From positions 8,321-72,320 of IMG/VR virus record IMGVR_UViG_3300008262_000126: a DNA stretch of 64,000 nucleotides; one strand, 5' to 3'. Made by a program: the position numbers and the translations under genes. How positions within the stretch are numbered: position 1 is the stretch's first letter; every line of letters begins with the position of its first letter. This DNA comes from a virus. Under the pieces are notes generated by a model that made no database searches, was not told the origin of the DNA, and saw only the letters and a program-made list of their open reading frames with translations. Positions 28,401 through 34,621 of the stretch are shown here, piece after piece.

Positions 28401-30036
28401 GATTATTAGTGGGCCAATGGTCATGCCGTACACTTCAGGCCCTCGAGGAACAATAGCGTACTCGAGAGACATGATGGCAGTAGGTGCAAACGGTGTTCGA
28501 GAAGGCGCTTTAGGTATTGCTCCTTCGCAATGGCAGCAGTTTGTATCAAACGCTACAAACGCAAATGCCGAGTTACAAAGACGTGCAATGAGTAATGCAA
28601 TGCAAGAACGCGATTTGAATAAGAATCACCAGCGTAATCTTGAAGATATTACTCGAAACGGCATGCGTCAGTTAGAGAGCATTCATTTAAATTACACACG
28701 AAACATGCAACAGATGACCATGCAAGCAGACCTTGTTAAGGGAGCGACCCGAGCAAATGCAACAAGAAGCATTGCAATGGCTGCTATCGACCCTACAAGC
28801 AAAGCAGCTCTTAACAGCCAATACTGGGCGCAGGATATGTATTCTCAGCATCTAGGTCAAGGCGATTCGAAAAATTTCTTAAAAGACAGCGCAAACATAG
28901 CAACTCTTACAGCGATAGATCCTTCATTGTCTGCAGACATAAGCGCATTAGAGACTACAAACGCCGCGTATGAAAGCTCAGCCATAACAGACCCAAATAG
29001 GCAGAATCTGCAAGATGCAAAAAGAGCGACTATAGAACCAATTTTAACTAAGCTACGGGGCCTTATTGAAACTGAAGAAGATCCAATAAAAAAAGCCGCA
29101 CTCCAGACGGCCCTTGTTCGTTTAAGTCCAGATGCATCAAAAACAATAGCAGCTCAAACTGAAAATGACAAATGGTTAAAGCAGACGCTCGGTGATAAAA
29201 TAACTCAAAAGCAATTAGGTCAACAAATTGCTGACCAAGAGTTTCAAAATCAGTTTAGACCGTTGGATATTGCAAATGACTCAGCAAGTTTAGCTGAAGC
29301 AGGAAAATCAAAAGATCCTTTAGCTTTTCTTAATGCAAAACGTTCAAGTCTGTCAATGTACCGCGGATTTGCTCAGTCTGATATTGGTTTAGCTGAAACT
29401 ACAAATAGCTTGACAGGTTTGTTAGGAACTGGTAGTCTTTTTGAAACGAATACTACCGAAGCGTTTAAGCAAATAGCTGAAGTTGCGGGTAGCGCGACTC
29501 AGGGAGTTCTTTATAGTCTTGACGATTTTGAAACCTCGTTTCAACAACAGATGGAAGATGCTCTTAGAAACTTCGAACGACAGCGTTTGGATATGATCCA
29601 GGCCTTTGCTGATGCTGCGGTTGAAATTGCGTCAATTGTTCCTGAAGAAATGGTACCAATTATGCAAGCTACAAGTGCCTTTATGAATACGCAACGACAA
29701 GCCGAGTTACTCTGGCTGTCTGGAAGAACAGACGAAGCCAACGCACTTGCCTACCAAGGCATGCTAAAGCTTGGCGAAGTTGTGTACGGTGAAGGTAAGG
29801 GTAAAGAATATGCAGACAAATATAGTCAGAACTTTCAAGACATGGCAGACGTTGCAGCACGAGACGTTCCTCAAGGTGACTTAGGAAAGTTTGCTGTAAA
29901 GACAGAAGACGGTTGGGCATTGCTGGTAAAAGAGACTAAGTCCGCACGAGTATACGACAGGCCTCCTCCTAATAAGGATAAAGAGACTCTGAATCAAGGG
30001 AATGGTCCGTTTGTTGCACCGGGTGGCAAAGGCTAA
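13471..30036 (+). CDS. Giant tape measure protein (5521 aa) with embedded PP2C, DEDDh exonuclease and SNase-like domains
   Basis: Position after the chaperones and before the tail-tip genes; TMP signature LAAFDPAQGMEGAGIAIKEFLSGNVSSLSRRFE near 25240; Gly/Ala hydrophobic stretch at about 26650-26850; enzyme motifs listed in findings. Confidence 0.88.
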   Translation: MSDRIQQLVGLIQTLLLLKSTSEEAANVFEKVIQSKANAHEGGLAGYLKEITADAKTATTTLAILEKEIKAVSALPVRAAADETLTSEGTRPAPVVSDAARKRKEVQDRIDDERKALRTEVRGNNRPTVVNVHTDRLKNYELLLAQLDEQIDEREDTLRDLIRRTQTKMRTPAKTSRSSSPVADPEYADMKWALTTPDTRSATSYAVTPNRGGRVSVAQSGGARPPENASVSAIVKYVNTQLRHENPAETRPEIAPIVAELQKLVKDREEATVPADKNRINQQIKQAFKKINQSSGTVSNTQRQTAQESIIAPIIEALRAVKLDDPTLNAAMSPVASSSEIESALTRAVEMLVTRLENGAAGRVGETALSTEGFEFLRPAAFDQLLKRLKTVVAEATTRPVIPRSRTVDPGTAEEVDSSALFLGTDFSIQNAGEDGSPQVVDALRSSRVFPGQVTRIGANISKYIQSLKASLNPTRRYSSEAQGVDVRAGSQVVAGSSSAVFGGGMDAEVQKAVDALFSTVMQDIEEGNIRPASIAGQTVDLPESLAKMVVEAIQSSSILSEHTTAFGRMAGTRGPRGAIVTGDPVRKFVALFAGDLINQYTSTGAVSDQSASRFVEQTVAPEQEQEVTLAATHAKRLRERLVYQRDQADLSMVTAAPAMANRYRTESAKLGKEIQLLDEILAESENPEEEKKLAQRRGQIALPGSNTAPALTRDQALTVLFKQSIGSIPATPDAVAPIISKAQEVSAGLAQSGLTIPARPSYGTSPVQSLVEYMTSGQSMALDRYQTTPITQQLDSAGKVSSGQQNREFIEIISDAFGLSRQSASAGNVITGLYHGARATDASGKMLEGEELDQSLGGGYRTKKGLQSIVQASAEMGSYGSGGIPLIEYAKLATSTDLDAEEQSLFQEVQAKLPHLQAIDSDSLKQLAELDTSMDPKELIKRVLTLAAPAIKNQIVASIRRRGGAAGMGVDEVTQMISDYETAGVAPAGFQDEFRALAMFDPANINTTDVSAAVNRSLSLFSNLLTDNVQSGEGMPQFAARVLGRQDRLVGTGPDVAAAVPDQGASYSLMGKGAEVANQESGQVVGGTYGRNVENQIKIQEAMSEFEQLTAEIEEMQRRIALAPHEADKVLPVIEQKNNQLKILKQKLDTYKASEPDPISQKFEALSTIAQMDNIDPATRSAAIYDLGIMQEIFNQTGRYQIDESQGYGTGTQEQRLTNLMAHKAKLDRLQKLREERAALEAESPGDGPAKAVEAVIKESDVDGEIAAVTKDISDMKSEGTGSEKKVDASPYANMNMTELEDLYQRSYQKYDRAMSAVPGIEEATQRYHNYEGEDDEQELEILVKALEGARENNPEVAKLYQEHQAVSDEYERRIKANIENNRAIQEKLSPAETSVMATSVPGTIDEEIAIDENAVPLKIPRINLTESKDITDDVTAEDKSVFVHPATVEAQLIESPAFTAFLAGKENQIISGNQDRLAIRQDAETGALTAAVADGASSSWFSARLANMLAEEAVNLPTDEPFTTESILSRVNNRSAQEQVDKILEYFTDEDYQTRYQLQRMGLEKNDKSKEKFKKFLQPFEEAGTSPTVRELIAFLHGEKAANDPANIGQVAGATFAGYRRTRSSEGYKHEFLTAGDALIESADLGIAKETLGENKTNPDGTPYTGPQTAGIISTESGIAHPGKVLTIESKTPARVFLASDAYSHSGEFSRLDPEVDAGGFVNLGERLLLDEGELGTRQDDRSFIGITGSEQTGPVVKTGGLAEEGFTGLEFTDQLEAYLAQEKRKLSQINQLLTDRPDIDKELERERQALLKSAEAEVEQQGQLAEEITNTHRAIADEYDAVVDRLMKNRYAGPEEKAQDSEKHRKLAQTPEMQEVLKARREAFKAEQKYKQIVAENPPTSAEKAKVVTENNIQALTEELTKRGVILPTETTPTAETVIPVTDVTSVAEEPKRIADEPVKVSAEIKASPEEIQKRKADLDLQIAEAAREAAQSQQVIELMQRQAQGLDTEDSDIRFVVDNTGIPVSYEDKQVIDRTSLRPLVRTKMTVDDTGESGFVSNLNVRDIVDQAEAVKPTAELMDEIGKMSDADLAAVKMPSKVLTDEEKEKYQYLRQASKQAKEEARKIYEADTPLGEAIRKYYRITNVEERDRMTLGDIGSPAIPGLKEAVAEYELQRGISLGSDEQTGKLGKASEATPLQLAARLFRSSRAAVRAYETEFGVEPAFSAREVMDELLASSARAEVDSAPAGSAETAVALDKTISSFEGGIPEIKGSTDRAPRRPRRAPADVVADVEQPYTENQLKYARAQVRALAGRTDLTAEQKRQLSEARKKLHNYAMKRLTTNFGDNKGVMQIANVVAGLTPPDWAKDDVQSARVSAISQAMADLKPGQLAKLKDVDLRDPVQMDILSKDPALQPIMALLADQDIDAALKYRSGTTEYDEAKGLLSAIEGAKKRLPVPEPTAGVPTDARRLFFDLETNFAKKPEDRLIFQAATGVNDGKVSDMYAVPLDSSAEEINRIAVDPTIPDDEKRKLIRELALKRAGKPPLVEGRASGNDVSSGVIDNLVNAAMSGRQILTQGQIRGDLQSQILAATTVAGHNIETFDLPTVYGGEMAVPDAVKAKTEDTLLMSRNMYPGSHTLSDTYEVVTGDPLVNAHDARADTEAVQRIFPQVSDPEERAKITEAYLAKHGITMDSAVGQLVATPKIADIADTEERKKASRQVAEAHAFYQPLADMQDFTRRIAKSGGKTILRDADKTVAAEQGWYDMSPAAKASLFERMNKMFVGHTKLKGKKIEELDDAELGEFVKEINATYLEPNADAAVGGDFGGMKRLLEEKVGGKMAFSDFRTPAERLAAIKGRTIEDVMSTAGSSGVKVGPAISKETVGDAIEDISLATERPTKVKTPGSAPSVTASTSDGGSKEPPREPPVTFSDDADSGERGGPGGGITTIASATIDTLHAGAVEINIHGGNVTIDANFSAGAAEKMQKSLVYISNKDGMNVNGDVTSVGTGGGGGGYRRVSVADRSILNQLDAAKNQIAGQLQTETDPATRERLRGNLNEVSRQAIRAIIEPKVKAIDSEGMEPYVNERFYYGDETTDSKESLTYYNDAVAQAHQDLTTQLEAQQAIPEGTDGRDEEIQRIQKQISLVEELINALTELNQAEQRVGSATSTRAIVDPTEVKKPAYPTNNSGYRKLSPEDRASLAVLDATKNSISEQLRTEQDPEARARLKETLTGASKKAIADIIKPKATKLLGYGFVNTVDALSTSPEDSLVNYSQAAQSKLSELNGRLFMIESEREDAPGREEAIERTKREIQQVHELIDALTELNQAEQRVGAAGATRNAESPYGPKPTADPRAGANKYRKVSFADQASFNVLESTKNEVSARLRDETDSAARDALRQSLVNASERAINEVIKPKAAKVLNPTQLAALSALPMGPEEALVSYNEMAQYNLNNLSTELATQEALPEGTSGRDTEIERLKAEIAAVEELINALTELNAIEQRVGSASGTRNVNSPYGTTSGTGTGTSASKYYSRKAKEDEQVFLQLARNSFDQSAGSMGIAGGTTADSRKFLTDLTRSTATTMINSSGIQAPGMAADIAAIAATSPEVQSAYDDAAKSLTDFSGKVGGTITDVADDLFTVVSGLEKLKAALTPIAATSPQAAAALAVVQTAIDETSAAGKEQRGTAGVIETDNRKKVSLVEEQMQAAASRPGFFAGGRREREMRQIQEGYIRDTFGKEGLDALMHRGRIRAYTATGKRVDMAQATVQEQRDTVERLQKQGINITAEDMTGIARMSGRVEQTKRSAPMGDKLFYAASKIRDTQSVVQAAVDTVTSLANIPQMAGGMIQQFASSATGSNRVMTTARGLALDPENYTAALNAADMQRKQFGGSLTSNLGQVTSFIPLSNAYGVDIGKSVKVARKLAAFDPAQGMEGAGIAIKEFLSGNVSSLSRRFEINRSALSKINTGDATQMLDSLDQLLSSMGVTDRLIDEQANSMATKYDKMIGNLESVQISSTTAIVDFITPALESLIGEQSYFGKNVKERSLNTVLKETITSYGDDILSDPEAGLDSVNIGGSLSTFTSQMDTILEAANKRMAGEAGRYNSATGASVSVPGYRLLGNMKPQERANIQFDALLGQAQGLNATQAIMQAMRNNPGDYNSSPEFLNQRESLKTRQVKVDPVAYAEAYKKAEAGLLVADQGATDLSGLGLGYINFNAEPVKEKPLMTKGRVRRQVDADTFDIEIPGRKDLVRVRTGVIDAQEKGTQDELAARVGGADIIGMDRAMIGGEYKPGQGPEITLVGTLKNIDENNRVVAQLLNSEGKNYSLEMIATGNASSAFMQGLDKQTIDSLAYIEKVVADNGVGPQNRIARDLNLGGAPEISEEVRSSYFWNKYGLGIGGSAIAGGAAGLGGAALATNATLGTAGLAGLGGLVAAEIAAAIALPAVAAVGLYAGGAYVSDRLDSSPEKMRELYKMQSDLDRQDAKMNIFNTFADQANLNAEQVGKYVGGAKYRSDMPSKEIVLTPGFGPGAPIIPGTAPTKTAFEIMQDSKASLGQVYLANYEEASKSGQERFATAGDATKRILERQVYDPVSETMMSYVDYEAQTIALKKTADVDPTAYRKFDAMRGEILKPIGQTGALIENEKLVERGIKYGTRLDKRALAEAEASPFRADVADLTKKRDDAFNAGAVAEGQRYKTQIDKANAEIEKITYTDAEWDKIPEAARYLIMSAEEVANMTAEEIRFAADQTYQQGLNPVDYKQEAKNFFDGTMDRNFQRRQQRVDTTLTAFARQSIMGLGDASALPNDIARQVVNSGGAGVIDNTPEARAVRMVGRSGLMPKNRDSALDTVAMLTEAQRAAVREQLDIARTNRQVALANAPEAQLYKSGFTNFVMAMNKAGATAEDLGRSFMNTMNMMSEGNPRYGLDLAQQMTGFSYEAMIGMQLRPRTGVDAEGNPISSLNGANGMPYGYNAKPGEIISGPMVMPYTSGPRGTIAYSRDMMAVGANGVREGALGIAPSQWQQFVSNATNANAELQRRAMSNAMQERDLNKNHQRNLEDITRNGMRQLESIHLNYTRNMQQMTMQADLVKGATRANATRSIAMAAIDPTSKAALNSQYWAQDMYSQHLGQGDSKNFLKDSANIATLTAIDPSLSADISALETTNAAYESSAITDPNRQNLQDAKRATIEPILTKLRGLIETEEDPIKKAALQTALVRLSPDASKTIAAQTENDKWLKQTLGDKITQKQLGQQIADQEFQNQFRPLDIANDSASLAEAGKSKDPLAFLNAKRSSLSMYRGFAQSDIGLAETTNSLTGLLGTGSLFETNTTEAFKQIAEVAGSATQGVLYSLDDFETSFQQQMEDALRNFERQRLDMIQAFADAAVEIASIVPEEMVPIMQATSAFMNTQRQAELLWLSGRTDEANALAYQGMLKLGEVVYGEGKGKEYADKYSQNFQDMADVAARDVPQGDLGKFAVKTEDGWALLVKETKSARVYDRPPPNKDKETLNQGNGPFVAPGGKG
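22522..24010 (+). repeat. Three tandem 170-175-aa repeats inside the TMP
   Basis: Units start YRRVS/YRKLS/YRKVS at 22522, 23047 and 23557 and end ELI(N/D)ALTELN(QA/AI)EQRVG. Confidence 0.85.
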
Positions 30037-30040
30037 TTTA

Positions 30041-30078
30041 TGGTATAATGCAGAGCAGGGTTTAAACCCTGCTCTGCA
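30041..30078 (+). promoter_or_regulatory. Extended -10 element (TGGTATAAT) followed by a perfect hairpin
   Basis: TGGTATAAT at 30041-30049, then tgcagagcagggtttaaaccctgctctgca palindrome. Confidence 0.5.
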
Positions 30079-30092
30079 AGGAAGGTTAAAAT

Positions 30093-30509
30093 ATGACATA
30101 TACGATACAGCCCATTTACCTCAGTGGTAGTTTACACGGGTATGGATTTTATCAAGATTTAAAAGCAACTTCGATTAGCACCACAATGAACAATGTAGCT
30201 GAGGTGTTGCAAGCAGTTGACGGCACCAATTCGTATCTTCACAGGTCATACAAGCATGTGTGGAACGTAACCTTTAACATGATTGTTTATTCTGGTTCTG
30301 CTGGTTATCCGTTGGCCACAGTTGCAAATTTACGTGGTATCTATCAGGGATTTTCCAGCGTGTCAACGAGCGTTATTTTTTGTTTTGAATCCAAACAGTA
30401 CCCTGTTTTTTTCGAGCCAGGTAGCTGGCAAGCGGAGTTGGCTTCGACAACTGTCACAATGACGAACAAGCCGTACTATAACGTCTCGTTTAGGCTGGTG
30501 GAGATATGA
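30093..30509 (+). CDS. Distal tail (Dit-like) protein
   Basis: First gene after the TMP; AVDGT...YKHVWNVTF...YNVSFRLVE. Confidence 0.6.
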   Translation: MTYTIQPIYLSGSLHGYGFYQDLKATSISTTMNNVAEVLQAVDGTNSYLHRSYKHVWNVTFNMIVYSGSAGYPLATVANLRGIYQGFSSVSTSVIFCFESKQYPVFFEPGSWQAELASTTVTMTNKPYYNVSFRLVEI

Positions 30510-32074
30510 GTTACGTTCTTGCGTACAAAGTATACATTGCTCCAATTTCGGTTCCTTTCTATTTAATAAAAACTTCGGCAAATTTAGTATCTGGCTCAGC
30601 TGTTCAATCTGTTGATTCGGCACAAACTACTAGTTTAGATTTTACTGCAGGCATTACACTCGGTGTGACAAGCCCACCACAGTCGACCATAGTACTTATT
30701 AAAAACAACTTAACGACAGTTACCTCTAGAATGTTTAACTGGCGGATGGCGAATGTTGCGGTACAGTTCTCTATAGACGGACTTAACTTCTACGATGCGT
30801 TTTCTGGTTTTATCGACGGGCGTACTGAGGATTTAAATACTGTCAGCTTTCGTTGTCTCGGTTACCTTGGTTACTTAGACTACTATAAATACGCAACTCC
30901 CTTGTGGAGAGAAAAGCCAGCCGCCTCATATATTCCAGATCCCCCATCTGAGTGGAATACTACTATCAGTGGTCTATGGCGTCGTATGTACAACGACCAA
31001 AACCCTGCAACGCTTAGCGGATCATTTACCGGTACGGTAAACACAGTGTTCTGGTTCCTCGGTGGCAGACCGTACAAGTATCGTGATGAGGCTGTACGAG
31101 CAGGGGACACCGTTCGATTTTGGTACGACTGCGATCATGCCCCAATTACACCAAACTTTACATGGCTTAATCAGGAAAACATATCCGATGACTTTGCCAT
31201 GCTTGCCTCTAGTGCAGGGGGGCAAATAATTCAGGGCAGTAATGGGGTACTTAAATTTATCAATCCGCACTCTTTTGTCCCTGCGACTAAGAGTGTAACT
31301 ATTACAGATTCAATGTTTCGATCTATTAGTGTTGACGAAGTCTCGTCGACTACGTTTGGAAAAGCAATTGTGACGTTTTCCCCTAGAATGCTGGGAGCAA
31401 ACAAGGCAGTGCTTGATTCAAACATAGGTGTGTATCTTCCGTACAACGAAGAGTACACGCACGAGGTTGAGTTTACGCAGCCTGTAGATCGGCTTACAAA
31501 CAACACTTATTTCGGTTCTGGTATTACGTTTGGCCAGACCGGTGGCTACTTTAAAACTGCAGCTCAGTTTATGAAAGTAGTTGTCAAGAGTGTAGACGAA
31601 GCACGCAGCTTGTACTTATCTAAACTAACGCTGTATGGCATACCAATTGTTGCTGGTGAGCCTCAGACAATTAAACGTGACATACCGCTGGACTTCACCG
31701 GCCTCGTGACCGCGGGTATTGTTCCCAGCGGGTTTAGAGAAGTTAACGTTAGAGAAAACCCGTACATACAAACAAAAGAACACGCAACTCGAATGCTCGA
31801 TGTTGTTAAGTATCTGCATAAACGACCGCGTCCTGTAGTGCGTGTAGTTGACATTGTCTTTAACCCGTCGCTTGAAATCGGTGACGTGATCAACATCAAC
31901 AGCGTTTATTACGGACTCTCGGGCAAGTTTAAAGTTACCGACATTGCAATAAAAAACTCAGGTGCGTTTATGGATATCAGCTGCGTAGACGTCTCAGATA
32001 TTAAAACACGCGAAGAGCTGTTTGTTATTGGAGAAACGTACGCAAGCGACACGGTTAAGTATTTATCTTGGTAG
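30506..32074 (+). CDS. Tail tip/baseplate hub protein
   Basis: FSGFID..., ENPYIQT...FNPSLEIGDVINI hub-like C-terminus; position. Confidence 0.65.
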   Translation: MSYVLAYKVYIAPISVPFYLIKTSANLVSGSAVQSVDSAQTTSLDFTAGITLGVTSPPQSTIVLIKNNLTTVTSRMFNWRMANVAVQFSIDGLNFYDAFSGFIDGRTEDLNTVSFRCLGYLGYLDYYKYATPLWREKPAASYIPDPPSEWNTTISGLWRRMYNDQNPATLSGSFTGTVNTVFWFLGGRPYKYRDEAVRAGDTVRFWYDCDHAPITPNFTWLNQENISDDFAMLASSAGGQIIQGSNGVLKFINPHSFVPATKSVTITDSMFRSISVDEVSSTTFGKAIVTFSPRMLGANKAVLDSNIGVYLPYNEEYTHEVEFTQPVDRLTNNTYFGSGITFGQTGGYFKTAAQFMKVVVKSVDEARSLYLSKLTLYGIPIVAGEPQTIKRDIPLDFTGLVTAGIVPSGFREVNVRENPYIQTKEHATRMLDVVKYLHKRPRPVVRVVDIVFNPSLEIGDVININSVYYGLSGKFKVTDIAIKNSGAFMDISCVDVSDIKTREELFVIGETYASDTVKYLSW

Positions 32075-32083
32075 GAGGTTTAT

Positions 32084-34621
32084 ATGATTTTTGCTTTAGG
32101 GCGAGTTCCTAAATTCTTTGAAGGACAGGAACTCTCAGCGCAGGATTTAAATAACTTAGCTCAGAACGTAGAGATTATGGAGCAGGTTGTTAAAGGACCT
32201 GATCGGTTGTTTCTAAGCGACTGGAAATTAGCTCCCCCGGTATTTAAGCTTATAGAGCAAAAAACGAATACCGGTGATCCGGCAACACTTGAGGGTTTGA
32301 CCTTTGCCATGAGTCTATCTGAAATAGACGTGTGGGAAGGTTCCTTCTTATATCGGGAAGGAATGCACACTTTGAGATTTGGATTTAACACGTACGCAGT
32401 GAAAGAAAGAGGTGACTCTTTTGGAAGATCTCCGTTAGATTTAGTAGACGCATACTCTGTAAATTACGGAAAGGAAGGCGATAATAGTAAATGGGTTAAC
32501 CCTTCGACTAGTTTGTTTTTGTTGCTCAAGTACACAGACATGCCCGTAAATCAAGTTATAAGTAAGCACAAAAAGTACGCAATTAGCTGGGTTTATGACA
32601 GTTCCAAGAAAACTCAATATAAGCAACCGTCAGACAGCGACATAAATTCGTTTACAATGATTGACGACAGTACTGCTCTCGATGGTAGTAATTGGACCGC
32701 TAATGGTACTTCTGCGGCAGGTTATCACACATACACTCTAGACATCACCAAGTACAATTTTGTGCCTGGTGAAATTGTCTCGTTAAAATTCAAAATAAAA
32801 ACACGCGATGGTAAACCGGTTTTAAGTTTGGGCAGAAGATTTTATTTCAGTATGGTCTACGCTAACATCGATCACGATGTCAGTAGCTATTCGTGGAAGA
32901 GCATTAGCAGCGACAGTATAACGACGCTGAGTCATATAAAAGATGTCGCGGAAAATCAACGCATGCTCGTTGATTACTTTCAAAAATACGACATTCCGTT
33001 ACGTGCTGCAGTTTGGGATCAGGTGATGGCAGGTACTTCTCAATTTCCGTACTACGGTCGTTTTATAGCCACAGCGCTTCAAAAATTAGCAAGCTGGGGG
33101 TTAGTCCACGGTGACGATTACTTAGTAATGGATTTCAATACTTCGGAAGCTCGTTATTACTTACCGATGCGTTTTGATTTAAAGAACACTGTCAGCATAT
33201 CTTACAACGTGGCGGTCAACACCCGAAGTGCTTTTTCTTTGCAGGGGCTGTTGAGTAAATTCGCTATCGCCGCATACCGTAACAAAAAAACTTTTTATTA
33301 TGCGTCTACTAAAAACGCACCTTCTTTTTTAATAGCTTACAACCACAAAGATAGCGAGAATACAAAAGATCGATATCCGTGGGTTGTTGGTCTTGGTCAA
33401 ATGAACTATGGCGACTATGTTAACAACGTTTCGTCAGCAGGCGGTCGTTTTCAATATGCTAATTTTCTTGCCCGAGTAGGATTAACAAATTTTATGGGTA
33501 AGATTTCAGTCGATACTGCTAATGATGTTCAGTCTTCTATCTTGCCGATAGGTTTACTACCTACACCCGCTGGTTATCCAGACCCCAGAGAGTTTTTGTA
33601 CATGCAGGGACCCCAACCAACAGGTCAAGCTTCCTGGCAGGGATTTTATTTTATCCTGCCTAGTTTTATAACGGGTAAAGTACCGTATTACAATTCAACT
33701 GGTGGCAACGCCGTCGGCCTGGAAGATAAAATGTTTCTCGGTCCGCGTGCTGTAAGTGGCGAATTTCGTGACGCTTCTATTTATGTAGACAATTTTAATT
33801 TTTCACTTAAGCAACACACAGGCACAGGAAACAGTGATTACTACTACCCCGCAATATACGAAGAGTATGGTTTAAACAACCATGCGACTTATCGCTATGA
33901 AAAAAATGATGCGTACACAGACTTTACTGTTAACTTAAAAGAAAGCTCTCCCTCGTATACCAACGCTATCGGTTATTACGGTGCCGGTAGTGGTATGATC
34001 CTGGAGTCTTTTGATACACGTGCATTCAACAAAGCTAGCTATATCGCTACTTTCCGACTTGCTGAGGTAACCAGAAAAACAACTGTTGAGCCGGGTCTTC
34101 CTGAAGGTAGATTTCAGTCATTTAACTCAGTTGCTTTTTCAGGTGTGCTTGGTTATGTAAAACGTGTGAACGACCGCCAAAACGAAATTCACACTTATAT
34201 TAACAGCGACCCTGTATACAAGTACATCCCGGTGTTCTGGACGAAGCCCAAAAGTTCTTTAAAGCATTTTGAAGATCTAGTTCAAGGACTGGACCAGAGT
34301 GCTGAAAAATTCTACTACGCTGCCGAATTCAACACAATCTACTTCAGTAACATACGCCAGGCTGATTATTTAATTGTGCGTGGAAGAAACATAACTATCG
34401 GTTGGGGAGGCTTTAATAAAGTATACAGAGATAACCCGCAAAGTATCTTGTTTCCTGCTCCTCTTGAATTAGAGTTTTCTAATTCAAGTAATCTGACCGG
34501 AAGTGACATAGAGACGGTTATTATTGGCTTCGACACGCTGAGTAGCCTGACGTATGGGGAGCGGTACTACATTCAAGGAGATGTTTATTATGCAGCTGAG
34601 ACTATGGGTATACCATCATGA
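32084..34621 (+). CDS. Minor tail protein
   Basis: N-terminal PKFFEGQELSAQDLNNL, typical of minor tail proteins; GGAGG SD. Confidence 0.55.
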   Translation: MIFALGRVPKFFEGQELSAQDLNNLAQNVEIMEQVVKGPDRLFLSDWKLAPPVFKLIEQKTNTGDPATLEGLTFAMSLSEIDVWEGSFLYREGMHTLRFGFNTYAVKERGDSFGRSPLDLVDAYSVNYGKEGDNSKWVNPSTSLFLLLKYTDMPVNQVISKHKKYAISWVYDSSKKTQYKQPSDSDINSFTMIDDSTALDGSNWTANGTSAAGYHTYTLDITKYNFVPGEIVSLKFKIKTRDGKPVLSLGRRFYFSMVYANIDHDVSSYSWKSISSDSITTLSHIKDVAENQRMLVDYFQKYDIPLRAAVWDQVMAGTSQFPYYGRFIATALQKLASWGLVHGDDYLVMDFNTSEARYYLPMRFDLKNTVSISYNVAVNTRSAFSLQGLLSKFAIAAYRNKKTFYYASTKNAPSFLIAYNHKDSENTKDRYPWVVGLGQMNYGDYVNNVSSAGGRFQYANFLARVGLTNFMGKISVDTANDVQSSILPIGLLPTPAGYPDPREFLYMQGPQPTGQASWQGFYFILPSFITGKVPYYNSTGGNAVGLEDKMFLGPRAVSGEFRDASIYVDNFNFSLKQHTGTGNSDYYYPAIYEEYGLNNHATYRYEKNDAYTDFTVNLKESSPSYTNAIGYYGAGSGMILESFDTRAFNKASYIATFRLAEVTRKTTVEPGLPEGRFQSFNSVAFSGVLGYVKRVNDRQNEIHTYINSDPVYKYIPVFWTKPKSSLKHFEDLVQGLDQSAEKFYYAAEFNTIYFSNIRQADYLIVRGRNITIGWGGFNKVYRDNPQSILFPAPLELEFSNSSNLTGSDIETVIIGFDTLSSLTYGERYYIQGDVYYAAETMGIPS

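Noticed and set aside
13506-30099. Many minus-strand ORFs within the TMP and other long genes
   Set aside because: Antisense shadows with Ser/Leu-rich composition and no SD or motifs.
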